Below, in pieces: positions 13,921 through 26,339 of a stretch of DNA of 64,000 bases. The number at the start of each line of letters is the position of its first letter. The first letter of the stretch is position 1. The notes beneath the pieces were generated by a model. The model had not been told where the DNA came from and did no database searches. It saw nothing but the letters and a program-made list of their open reading frames with translations. The translations under genes and the position numbers were made by a program. This stretch comes from Octopus sinensis (taxonomy: Eukaryota), in the NCBI RefSeq assembly GCF_006345805.1, contig NC_043003.1, positions 88,164,001 through 88,228,000 on the forward strand. The letters run 5' to 3'.

Positions 13921-15233
13921 GCATCACTCCTTCATAGTCAGCCTACACTCAATATATGTGTTATTAACAGAAAACTGACTGTTATTAAAACAAATATAGC
14001 CTTTTTTAACAACTACAATTTTGACATACAATTTTGACTTTAATGTATTTTGGATGGCTATTATCTTGAATATGTAGTTTTAGAGAAAGATAAGAAATTC
14101 TTCATATCTTCCATAATTTAGTATTTTGACTTCTGCTCTAAGTGAAGAACTGTACAATTATTTTAACACATTTCTAATGGACATAATATTAGTGTTAGTG
14201 ATAACCACTTAAATTGGTTTCGAATAATTTTATAAATTTTGTAAATTTTCAATATCAGACAAACTTCAGAATTTTCTTCATACATTTGTTTTAAATATTG
14301 AGCCTGACCCAACAGACTCATACACTGATTAAAATAAGTTATTATAAAAATAAATTACTATAATAACTTTCTTTTTAGAATTGGTGGAGTATCATAGGCA
14401 GTACACACAATCATAGGGGAGTTCTAATTACAGCTCACCATTTAACCAGTCTGGTTTTTTGTTTTTCAGTGTTTGTCATATGTTTTCAAATTTATGTTTT
14501 AGAAATTCTATCATTACGAATTTTTTTGAAAACAGACAATTCATATTTGTTGGACTTTCAGAATAGCTATCCTTAGCTTACAGTTTAGACAAATTTCCTT
14601 TGCCAAGCAATAATAGAATGTTTCTTGTTTATGTTTGCTTTGTCAAAGATTAATGTTAAATTGAAGAGTTATTTGTAAGACATGAAAAAGAAATATGAAA
14701 TTTGATTTCGTTTTAAGCAACACTATTGATGGTAGGTTGTCATTGCTGCTTCATCAATTTATTGTAAAAGTTATACCTAGCGTGTTTGCAATGCACTCTA
14801 TAATCCACAGGCAACCTCTGGTTGTAAGGGACTGAAACTTGCATAGGAGGAAGAATTAACTGTTAGTGCAAAGGAAGTGGAGTGGGGAGTAATATGTACT
14901 GATTATACTCCCAAGCAATTACAGCTGTCAAGTAATCTGTAGATAGAGAAGTGACAGGGTGGGTTTAAAGAGAATGAGATATGTGAAAGGTTTGATAAGG
15001 CAGAATAAAGAAGCATTTAGGATATTATTTCCATGCTCATATAAAGGCAGTAATCTCTTCTGCATACATCTCAACTCAGTTATACTTTTCCTTCCACATA
15101 ACATGGCAAATTCAGTATGAGCAGCTATTAAAAATCACTAAGAAAAAAAAAAAGGGAAAAGATTTTAAATGTTTTCCATGTATTATGCATATTAATATAG
15201 AGGTAAGTAAAGAAAAGCATTTTTTTTACTTAC

Positions 15234-15334
15234 CAATTTTACAGTTGTTGCCAATAACAGAATCTGTAATCACAGAACCACTTTCAATAGTTGTGCCTTT
15301 TCCAACCAAAACATTTTGTATAAGCTTGCAACCA
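15234..15334 (-). CDS. EIF2B5: eIF2B epsilon exon, beta-helix (GCKLIQNVLVGKGTTIESGSVITDSVIGNNCKIG)
   Basis: ggcAG acceptor, GTAAGT donor, 101 nt; hexapeptide repeats. Confidence 0.93.
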
Positions 15335-16749
15335 CTGCCATATACAGACACATAAATAAAAAAAGAAAAACATTTATTGATGAAAAAAGAGCAAAAGCTT
15401 CTATGGGAGAGTGTATATTGTTACAAATTGACTGACAAAATATCAGTTCAACATAGTGTTAAATATTTAAATTTTCAAGTAGTAGTAGTAGTAATAATAA
15501 TGATGATGATGATAATATGAGGTCCTTGTTGTGACTTGACAAATGACTAAAGACTCCAGTGCATTTTATCTACACTGGAATAATAATAATGGCTTCAAGC
15601 TTTTAGGGGAGGCGAAGTTGATTACATCAATCACAGTACTTGACTGGTGCTTTTTTTATTGACTCAGAAAGGATGAAAGGCAAAGTTGACCTTGGTGGAA
15701 TTTGAATACTAATGTAAAGATGGGTGAAATACCACTAAACCTGCCAGCTTGCTACTTTAATAATAAATTTTTCTGCTTTAGAAATGCTGCTAAACATATT
15801 TGTTTGGCCTGCTAATGATTCTACTAGGTCACTACCTTAATAATTAATGGTTTCTAATTTAGGCACAAGGCCAGCAACTTTTAGGAGATAGGTTAGTTAG
15901 CACTACATTGACCCCGGTACTTCAGCAGTACTTATTTCAGTCTATAAAACTCAGCTGAGAGTATTGTTCTCACATTTAGGATGGTGCTGTTGCATGACAG
16001 AAATCCTAACTGCAAGCAGAAGAGAGCAACTCAGCTGATTGACACAGTCATTCATAGATATGCTGTCTTCTCTCTTTGCCTTCTTTGCTCATCAGAACTG
16101 ACTGAACTCCTGTCACTTTTATTTAGACATTTTCATTTCACTCACCTCTCCACTAGCCCTTCAAGACCACCCCAGGAGCTGCAACAATCACTACACCTAA
16201 TCCATCTTTTCTAAAATGTTAACCATCTTGATTTCCATCCCAGTTCATTCTTTCCCATTTACAAAGTTTTAAAAGGAACATAATCTCACAAGTTTAGGAG
16301 GGCCTGTCCCTTCCTGCAGACCCAGCAAAAATTAAAAACAAAAACAGTTTAATCTTTGAGGAAAATGTGAAACAAGACAGGTTTAAAAGTTGGAAAACAA
16401 AACTGAGTTATTCAGTTTTGCATTTTGGTATCACCAAAAAATGAATATTTTCTAAAAGTTTTAGGCATGGACCTTGATAGGTAAAGGAATGATACAACAA
16501 ACTATCTAAAAATAACATATACTTGATATTTCGCTCAGTTCGTCATCCTCCAGAGTATATCTCTCCAGAACTTCAAACCTATTCATGTTTTCCACTGTAA
16601 ACCAACAAACTGCAATAATTCAAATAAAATATTTAATACTATAATTCAGTTATTTTAATCACTCAGCCTAAAAATGTAATGGTAGCTCATTAATTTTAGA
16701 TTTGACTATTTCATCCGAATAATTGTTACACTCTAGTGGGTGATGACAC

Positions 16750-17531
16750 AAGGGTGGTATCAAAAAGTTCCTGGACTAGTTCTGTAGAATGCCAACGCAT
16801 GGCAGCACATGGTTGCATGTGCAGTGAGAGATAGCAGTGACCTTCCTCGAACAAAAAGCCAAGAAATTTTGCATTAAACTCAGGAAGTCTGCCACAGAGA
16901 CACTGAGCATGCTTCAGCAAGCTTATGGTGATGAAGCAATGAGTTGTACGCAATGTTTCAAGTGGCACAAGTGCTTCAAAAGTGGAAGAATGGTCCTGGA
17001 ATATGATCCAGAAGATCTGTTACAAGTGTCACACCTGGAAATGTGGTATCGGCCATCAAGAATTCATCGCCTAGGGCCAGACTGTAAATCGAGAGTTTTA
17101 CTGCAATGTTTTAAAGTGTTTGAGGGAGGACATTTAACGAATGCAACTTGATCTGTGGAGTGCAAAGAATTGGATTCTTTACAATGACACTGCAGCCTCT
17201 CCCCAAGCTCTCCTCACTTGCGAGTTACTCGCCAAAGACAACATGGTATCACTTCCGCACCTGCCCTATACACCAGATTTAGCACCTGCGGACTACCATC
17301 TCTCCCCACAAGATGAAAATGCAGTTCAAAGGTTGCTGTTTTAACACCATAGTTGAGATCCAGAGCAAATTGCAGAAGTTCCTCATCTCACAGAAAATGA
17401 CTTCCAGGCAGGATTCCAAAAGTGGCAGGAATGCTGAGACCAGTGTACTGCTGCGCAAGATTACTATTTCAAAGGAGATGCTGTTAAAACTTAGGTAAAA
17501 TATTATTTTTTATTAAACATAACCAGTCCTG
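16750..17531 (+). mobile_element. internally deleted mariner element
   Basis: KFCIKLRKSATETLSMLQQAYGDEAM and HLPYTPDLAPADY; left TIR acaagggtggtatcaaaaagttcctggact; right TIR truncated at agtcctgga. Confidence 0.8.
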
Positions 17532-17575
17532 GATGGACAGAATTTAGTGTCAAGGATGTATTTAATGCAACTGAC

Positions 17576-17704
17576 CGTTCCAGAGTAACAGCAGAACATT
17601 GGTAAGTATTGTAGCGGCCATAGGAAACAAAATTATCTTTGTTTTTGGCAGGAATAAGGATGTCAGGTACCAATGGGTAGCACCATCTCTGAAGAATATC
17701 TCGA
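17576..17704 (-). CDS. EIF2B5: eIF2B epsilon exon (RDILQRWCYPLVPDILIPAKNKDNFVSYGRYNTYQCSAVTLER)
   Basis: atgttacAG acceptor, GTCAGT donor, 129 nt; DxxxRWxYPLxP motif. Confidence 0.93.
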
Positions 17705-18022
17705 CTGTAACATAAAATAATAATCATAATAATAGGTAAGTTTTCCAAATTTATGCAAAAAAAACCCACAAGTCTGTGATATGTTTTGTAAACAAAACTA
17801 TGCAAAGAGAGGCTGATTTTGAAATATTAAAATTATAGTGGCTGGAAATAAGAAAAATAAATTAAAATTTAATTTTAAGGTACATATACATCCAAAAGTG
17901 AATGGAAAAAAAGAATCTAGAAAAACTGAAAGTTACAACTGGTAAGTAACAATCTAATGGAGAAAAGGTAATAATTTGTATTAACTTGTGATATGACTAA
18001 ATCAAGGTTATATAAATCTTAA

Positions 18023-18130
18023 CCCTTTCATTACAATATTTCTAATTAAAATACACCTCTTATGTGTTTCAATTACATTCTAAAACAATTGTGAATTCAG
18101 ATTGGTTTCATAAAACAACTCTTTTTTTTT
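18023..18130. mobile_element. piggyBac terminal fragment (same end as the 22455 element)
   Basis: TTAA-CCCTTTCATTAC...aaaatacacc..ttatgtgtttcaatta, similar to 22455-22510. Confidence 0.65.
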
Positions 18131-18690
18131 ATATTTATCAACACATTTATGTGATTTTTTAAAAATACAATTTAAGAAAAGGTTCTTTAATTTCTTTGCT
18201 TATGTTCTGCACAACAATGTTTTCATACTAAATGCTTGAAAGGAAAAAGTAAAAAAAAAAAAAAAAAAAAAAATTTAATTGTTTTATTTCCTTGGAAAGA
18301 TTGTAGATAGGTTTACTATTTTTGTGAAAATAACTGAGGAAATCAGTTTTTAAATTCTTACAGCAAATTCATTTTCAAATTCATTTAAAAAAAATTATTG
18401 GAACTGTTGACAGAAACAGATATAATAATGATTCACAAGACAAATTAATCAAAACTCGTTACATATCATACAGGCAAACTAAAATTACAGGCAAATAATA
18501 AAATGAGGTCAATTTGAAAAAAAAATATATAAATCAAATTTACATACACACACACACACAATATTTCTAAAAATTCTTGGATTTCTTCCAAGTAATCTCA
18601 AATTATCTTTTTTTTGATACCTCTTTGCTTATATTCTGCATAACAATTCATTTCTGCAGTAATTACTTCGAAGGTGAAAGTCAAAAAGTC

Positions 18691-19075
18691 ACAGGCATGG
18701 CTGTGTGTTAAGAAGTTTGCTTCCCAACAACATGGTTTTGGGTTCAGTCGCACTGCATGGCACCTGGGCAAGTGTCTTTTTTACTACAACCTTGAGCTGA
18801 TCAAAGCCTTGAGTGGATTTGATAGATGGAAATTGAAAGAAGCCTGTTGTGTGTGTGTGAACGCATGTGCCTGTGTCTATGTTTGTCTCCCATTATTACT
18901 TGACAACTGGTGCTAGTGTGTTTACATCCTTGTAACTTAGTAGTTCAGCAAAAGAGACTGATTAAATATGTACCAGGCATCAAGAATAAGTACCAGGGTT
19001 TATTCATTTGACTAAATTTCTTCAAGGCAATACCCCAGCATGACTGCAGTTTAATGACTGATATGAGTAAAAGAC
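18691..19075 (+). mobile_element. tRNA-derived SINE (family A)
   Basis: ggcatggctgtgtgttaagaagtttgcttccc...gggttcagtc head; tail ccccagcatgactgcagtttaatgactga. Confidence 0.75.
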
Positions 19076-19289
19076 TATATCTTCCTAAAATTACATAAGA
19101 AAATCACCCTTTCAAATTCGTACAATGTTCAGGTACAAATTTGTTGTTTTTTATTGCTATTGGAACTGTTGCCAGAATGGTTTCACTTCTGGAAATATCT
19201 GATTTATAATCGACACATGTGCTTTTTATGTTTGCTGTAAAATCCTTTGAATTCAAACTTGCTACTTGACATAGTAAAACATTTCTGAA

Positions 19290-19545
19290 AATTGAGGTGG
19301 AAAAAAAAATCGAGAAAAAAATTCTCTAAAAGTTTGCAGTGCTCAGATATCATGCAAAATAATGTTGGATGGTGTAACTCGATTGATTACATCATGAAAT
19401 CACATGTTTTCATGAATGTAGTGAGATTTGTGCTCAAATTCTCATTTTTATATGAACAGGCCATTTCAGACAGCTACAAGTTCTATAACAACCAAAATAA
19501 TTTTCAGGCCTCTACAGGTTGGTTGGTAATGAGAAGGATACTTCC
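19290..19545 (+). mobile_element. pogo/Tigger (CENP-B-type HTH) remnant
   Basis: LYEQA...NFQASTGWL resembles the FxASxGWL motif. Confidence 0.45.
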
Positions 19546-20386
19546 CCCTATAAACATATAAAGAACAATATCAAAATGTATAACTATATGCTCTAGCAGT
19601 TGACATAAACGAGTTTTTGTTTCAATAGTTTATACGTCAGCTCATGATTTCTAGATTTCAAGGATTCAAAAGGCTTGACTCCTGTTTCAGAAACTGTAAA
19701 AAACATTAGGATAAATCTCTCTTTGGATGGGATTACAGATTACAATAGCAGTACAAGCACTCAGCTGTGCAAACCAATGAGCCCTAGAGCTGTAATGAAC
19801 TATACTGTGCTCAGAACTTACTTAGAACAGGGTGAGTTGATGAAAGCATTTCTACAAGGCTACTTAAGTAGGGTGTTGAATGCAGTTGCCAGTGCAAGGC
19901 TGTCGTTGTTGTCATCACTATCATTTAACATCTGTTTTTCCACTCTTGCTTAGGTGAGATGGAATTTGTTATGGTAGATTTTTCTACAGCAGGATCCTTC
20001 CTGTCACCTACCCTTGACTGTTCCAGGCAAGGTAATATTTTCCCATGGCCAGACATGTTGACATTTTTTTTCACAGTAAACTAGAAATGAACACCATCAC
20101 TTGTATGATGGTGATGCTCATTCACAACTATTACACGATGTCAAGACAAAGGTACATATATACACACGACAAGGTTCTTTCATTTTCCATCTACCAAATG
20201 CACCCCAAAAACTTTACATAGTTCTAGGCTATAGTGAAAGACACCAGTCGATGGTGCCATGCTGTGTGACTGATCCTAAGCCCACACAGCCACATCTGTG
20301 CCTATAGATGAGGCTGAGAGATATTTAATTACTTGCTCAGTCATTGTAAGATTAAAAGTTCAAACATGAATGTTCAAGTCACCAAC

Positions 20387-20472
20387 CTGACTGTGTCATA
20401 CATGTGAAGATTTGATACACGGACAGCATAGCTTTCTTCGGCAATGTGGATGTGTATAGAGTTTCCAGTAAT
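20387..20472 (-). CDS. EIF2B5: eIF2B epsilon exon ([29 protein letters not shown])
   Basis: tattttacAG acceptor, GTTGGT donor, 86 nt; matches human [28 protein letters not shown]. Confidence 0.93.
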
Positions 20473-20781
20473 CTGTAAAATAGTGACATAAAAAGGAAAA
20501 AGTAAACATTGAAGTAGCTTGGTCAGACAGGTAACTTTTGACATTTAGACCACTTGCAGACCTTTATCTCTTCTCCCATGGCATATGCAATATCATGAAA
20601 AATATCATATTAAAGCATGTCTCATTTAAATATTATTTTTGTAAAATTTAGATCTGATTCTATAAATTTAAGCATGTTAATTTCTTTCAATCTTCTTTCA
20701 AACTAGTTTTTAATCAAATTTTTATAATTTATTTAGTTTTAATATAAATGGCATGGATACACTGTCCTATATATATTTGCT

Positions 20782-22100
20782 AACCTTTTTGTTACCAACC
20801 TACCTGAGAGGTTTTTTTTAGCTTATGTTACCCACCCATACTAGCCCAAAATGACCTATTCATAGTTAAATGAGAATTTCAGCATAAATCTTGTTAATAC
20901 ATTCATGAATAAATGAGTTATAGTATTGGACATTCTTTTACATATCTGAGAACTGTGAATTTTTAGAGATTTTTTCCCCACATTTTTTCTACAACTATCT
21001 GGAAATTTTTAATACTGCCAAATAATAGATATCAGTTTCATATTGTCAAGCAGAGAATCAAAATTTTATGGATGACAGAAGGCATGGAGAAATCAAGCAA
21101 AATATACAGACAGCATCAAAACCACATGATGCATGGTTATGAGTCAGATATTTCGATTTCTGAGAGTGAGAACAGCTCTGGTATCAACAAAGAAAATGAA
21201 TTTGTACCTGAATGCAGTAAAAGTTCAAAAACCGTTTTCCTTAATGATTTTTTTTATAGAAGAGACAGGAACTAGTTACATTCTTTCCAAGAAGACAAAA
21301 CTATTATTTTTTCCCTCTTTGTTCAAAATGCATATAAAACATTCTACAAACCAGGGAGATACTCATCTGTCAATGGAGCTATGGTGAGTTATAAAGGTTG
21401 GGTATATCCAAAAAGTACATGCCTGGAAAACCCAGAAAATGGGGGATCAATGTTTGGAAGATTTGTGAAGTGAATACTGGCCGCTGCTGTGGGTTCAATT
21501 TTTATACGAGGTAAAAGAGATAATGTAAAACACAATATGTAGACCATATTGTGTGATATGATCTAGAAATTATCACTCCCATACCATAACCAGAGTTGTT
21601 TGACCAGTTTTTCAATTCAGTCAAACTTGTGGTGGACTTAGAAGCTGTGGCAACATATACATGCGCTATAGTGATTGCAAGTAGGAAAGGACTGCTGTTG
21701 GATATAAAAATAGCAAAATCTAAAAAAAAAAGTGCAATATCCCAATGGCAGAAAGGAAATTTGCTAGTGGCTGCATACAGAGGTAAGAAGCAAATTAATT
21801 TTGCTTCTACCTATGCATAACCACATATGAATGAAAATGGCACCCCATTTGTGAACCTTAATTACAACAGGGACATGGGTGGCGTAGAATAGCAGAATCA
21901 AATGATGAGCTATTATCAGGTTGGTAGACTGGGTAATAAATGGTGGTGATACCTGGTTTGGTACATATTAAGCATGAGTACTGTTAATGTGTTTATATTA
22001 CATATCAAATCAGGAGGGGGTTTCAGAGTGATACAACCAGCTGTAATTCCAAGGAAATGTAGCAATGTAGTTGAAGGAAGGTTGTTCATAAAATAAAAAA
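20782..22100 (+). mobile_element. decayed piggyBac (PGBD4-like) transposase
   Basis: YKPGRYSSVNGAMVSYKG, YMPGKPRKWGINVWKIC, DQFFNSV, YNRDMGGVE*QNQMMSYY, KWW. Confidence 0.85.
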
Positions 22101-22454
22101 CCATTGGGAGAAAAACTAAAGCCTACCAGAGAGACAGCCCACTGAATGTGTGTGTGTGTGTGTGTGTGCATGTGTTTAATCTTATACAATATCTTTACAA
22201 ATTTACCTTGTTTTTATTTCTTACAATTTACCTGTAATATGAGTGACACATTTTGATTAATTTCTATTGTGAATTATTATACCAACAAAGGCACCTGTTG
22301 TTTGGATTGTTTAAGTTGCTTTGGTGGTATTTTTTTCACCAAATAATTGAACTACCGAGAAGGTTTATGTGTAGCATGGCAATCTGTTTCCAATTAACCT
22401 AGGAACGGAAAATGAAATTGAAGGCTGGTTATTGTGGAGGTCATTGCACTTTAA

Positions 22455-23528
22455 CCCTTTCGTTACTATATTTCTGACCAAAATACACCCCTTATGTGTT
22501 TCAATTAATTTCTAACATAATCATATATTTAGTCTGGTTTCATTAAACAACTATAACTTTTTTATTTATCAATATATTAACGTGAATTTTGGAAGATAAT
22601 TTAATGAAATGTTCTCAACCAATTCTATACTATAATTTTTGTCACAAAGTGACTCTAATTGCAGGTAGATACAGGTAAATTCAACAAAATATAAAATTAT
22701 TAAAGTTTTGTTCAAACATCGCTATAGAAAATGGGTTATTTAGCTAATATTCAATTGGGTATACAACAAAATTTTACAATAGAATTTGTTATTCTGGGTA
22801 ACTTTCTGATACCCATAATATTTATGGCAAAATAGTCTTAATTTCATTTAAGGTTATGGGAAACCACTAACTATCCTTTCTTTCGTTTTGTTTACATTTA
22901 GCGTAACGGTTCGTTTCCGCCGTAATGATTTCAAATAGGCTTATTTGAAAAAGTAAAAAGAAATAGTCTAAGGCTTTACTCTCCTGGGAAAGTCTGTGGC
23001 TTGGTCCAGTTTCTTCAGAAAAATCACCGAAAGAAACAGTTTTTAAATTTTCACTCCATTCAGGTGCCAATTCATTTTCTTTATCGCTGTCGGAGCTCTC
23101 GGATTCACTGTTTTCACTTTCGGAAAATGAAACATCAGATTCATTATCAAATACCACGTGCTTTTTCTTTTCAGTCATAGAGTTAGATTTATGAAGGTCT
23201 TCAGTAGAAAATCCTTCGAATTCTGACTCGCTGCTTGATATAATGAAATTTGTATCCATTTTTTGTCAGAATTACAAATTTTGAAAACACAATAGGAACA
23301 AATTTCGGAAAAAAATCTCCCAAAATTCACGGAATTAAAATTACACTTCGATTTTTGTACAAAACTGTAGTTGAACTCTTTATAAAGTATAATACGTGTT
23401 TTCACGAATGTACTAAAGAGATTTGCTCTGATATTCTCATTTAAATATGAATAGGTAAATATGGGCGGCTTTGGGCGGTTTGGTCACATTAACCAAAATT
23501 TTTTTCGGGCGGTTTGGTAATGAAAGGG
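22455..23528 (-). mobile_element. non-autonomous piggyBac with both TIRs and TTAA target duplication
   Basis: TTAA(22451-54)+CCCTTTCGTTAC ... GTAATGAAAGGG+TTAA(23529-32); retains transposase N-terminus (acidic tract, KALDYFFLLF, AETNRYA). Confidence 0.9.
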
Positions 23529-25292
23529 TTAATGATCAAAGAACATTTATGTTGCAAGTGTTGCAAAGTAGAGCTACTGAAATGTTTAGGGAGTCGATTA
23601 CGGATAATATAGTTGTTTTACATGAAAGTGAAATTTCTTGTCAGAAACAGCCACATAAATGGTGTAAGGAAATTGAAGGAAGATGTTGAAACTTCCCCTC
23701 TGTGAGTTTATTTTTTTCAAAAGCAAAGGGAGCTATTTTTTCAGAGAGAAAAGCTAACAAAAGCCCCTTTCTTCTATCTTCCCACATAGCGTGCACATAA
23801 ACTAACAGCGAATGCTGCATAAAGTTAAAATGGTATGGAGCTTCCTGAAAGATACATACAGCTTTTGCTAGTGGAAGCAAAACTCTTATTTAAAGGTTGA
23901 TTCTTTGGGACGAATCATATGTGAGTGTTTAAAAAATGCTTGAATGACAATGCTAAAACCTATTTGAAACAATGGACAGTAGTCGAAATATCATAATAGA
24001 TGAGTAAATAAGCATCTTAAAGTGAAACAACAGTATCAACAAATATAAGTGAGGGAAGGGAATATCATCTTTCAACTAACTCACCTTGCCAAAGTTTAAT
24101 GCAGTTTAAATATGTAGGTTAAGATAGTTTGGTATTAGATATTCATTGTGTACAGTGTTCTTTGTTAAGTGAATCACTGTTGTAGGTCCACAGCAGAAAT
24201 AAATAGAGAAAATCCTTTCACTTTTATATAAAAAAAAGATTAAAAAAGTATGGAAGACTCAACATAAAAAACAAACTATGTCCATTTATGTCCAGTTACA
24301 CAGGAGCCCTGGGCAAAATGTTATAGTGCATGACCATCGTTGGGACATAAATAATGTATGTATAAAATTTGGTAACACATATACTGTAATTTATATATAC
24401 CAGATATATATTTTACTGTGTATTTATGTATGCATGTGGGTTTATTTCATTTAGTTGATGGTATGTGTATTTCATGTTCTAGTTTTCTTAAAAGATAAAT
24501 TCTAGTATTTCATTCTATTTTACCTTTATTGTTACACCTATCTTACATGTAAGTTCAACTGATAATCTAGTAAGGCACATAATAACAATGATGATGGCAA
24601 CTTAAAAATAGAGAACTCAGTTATTTTACTAAATCTCCTCCAAATTCATAATTTCATCATAGTTACTGCTTTTACATCTATTTTTCTTTGCTGACATGGG
24701 TTGGATGAGATATGGTATTCTATAGTTGGATGCCCTTACTAATGCCAACCCTCACTTGTTGTCAAGTAAGGTACTTTATTATTCACCACTATGTCAAACT
24801 GTCAAGCTGCAGGACGAACGTGGAGCCCAAATGGTGGTATCAATGTGAAAATGTGTAAAGACAAATGCACCACATACACACACCCTTATATATATACAGG
24901 CACACATACATATATGCATACACACACACACGTATACACACATACGCACACAAGATGCTTGTGTACAATCATCTACAGTTGCCATCAGTCAGATTTCACA
25001 TGAGCCATTGGTCAACTATATATACAAGATACTAACAAAAGTGCCACACAGCAGGAGTGAACCTAAAAGCAAATGTTTGTGAAGTGAACTTCCCAACCAC
25101 ACAGTGATGCCTGCACCTATATAATTTTATAATTAATTGAAATACATGGATAAAGAACATACATTATCATCATCATTGTTTAATGGAAAACGGACGTAAA
25201 ACGATGATGATGTATGTTCTTAGAAAAATAATGAAAAAAAGTTAATCATTCAGGAGTTGCTAAGTAAATATATGTTTGTTAGAAGTAATTAA

Positions 25293-25512
25293 CCCTTTCG
25301 TTACCAACCCGGCTGAAACCGCCACTGACTCTGAGTACAAATGTCTTGTTTTCATAAGTCTTGAATTAAAATCTTCCACCAAACCTTAGTCACAATTTAT
25401 GTTCCTAATACAAGCTTAATGATAACTAAGTTATTTTACTAAATTCTTTGTTACATTTAAAGTAATTGAAAGAAAAACAGAGCATCTCAAAATAAATATG
25501 GTAACAAAAGGG
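25293..25512. mobile_element. 220-bp piggyBac-type MITE
   Basis: TTAA+CCCTTTCGTTACC ... GGTAACAAAAGGG+TTAA; second copy at 47836-48053. Confidence 0.9.
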
Positions 25513-25548
25513 TTAAGGAAGTGGTAGAAGAGCCAATAATCAACTTAC

Positions 25549-25710
25549 CTCTTCATTGACAAGGATTCCTTTGATCAAGTCATCTCGTGTTTGGTAATCA
25601 AAATCATCTGTGAACATCTGTGGCACAAACTGGGAGCAGACAGCAATTTGGCAGTCCAATAAATTGTAGTGGATGTTTGACACTTTAGGTCTTTTCTTAC
25701 TGATAGCAGT
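25549..25710 (-). CDS. EIF2B5: eIF2B epsilon exon ([54 protein letters not shown])
   Basis: catttcAG acceptor, GTAAGT donor, 162 nt; matches human [40 protein letters not shown]. Confidence 0.95.
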
Positions 25711-26339
25711 CTGAAATGATAAGTAGTTGAAACGAATAAATAAATGATGACAATTTCTGACAGAGAAAGACTAGTAACAACAGACAGGTGGAAGCACTGG
25801 GGTTCCGAATGAAATATGATTATTAACGACAATAATTTTTTGAAATCTCTAAAATCCTCTGTTACAATAACTGTCATGTTGGCATGGAATGGACAGAACT
25901 ATTGTACATCACATGACTTAGTCTTTTAACATTTCTTTGTGTTGATCTTGAGATTTGACATCACCATTTTCTCCAAATCATCCCCTACTACAGATACTTT
26001 CAACCACTAGCATAAGGCCCTTTTCATTCTGCACATGCATTCTTATTCTGTATTTAGTCCAGTCAACCCCTACATACATTAACAAATGTATATAATGCCC
26101 ATATGCTCTTTTGTGTTACTTGTACCCTTCTTTACGTATAAACTATTCTTGATTTTTTAACTCAGAATATTAAAGGGAGGTAAAAGAAAAGTCGTTGGTT
26201 GACCTAATGAAGAATGTATAAGAAATAAAATAACAAGTGATGTGAAAGGCCCTGCCTAAATCATCATATTTTCCTTCTTCCTCACAAAAGAGAAATATCT
26301 AAAAAAAGGCTTGTCAGTCTGTCTCAAGGTCCCAACAGA

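Noticed and set aside
19108-19188. 81-nt frame-preserving cassette exon candidate (phase 2-2)
   Set aside because: Weak donor (GTGATT), no similarity to eIF2B epsilon, and the flanking exons already align without a gap
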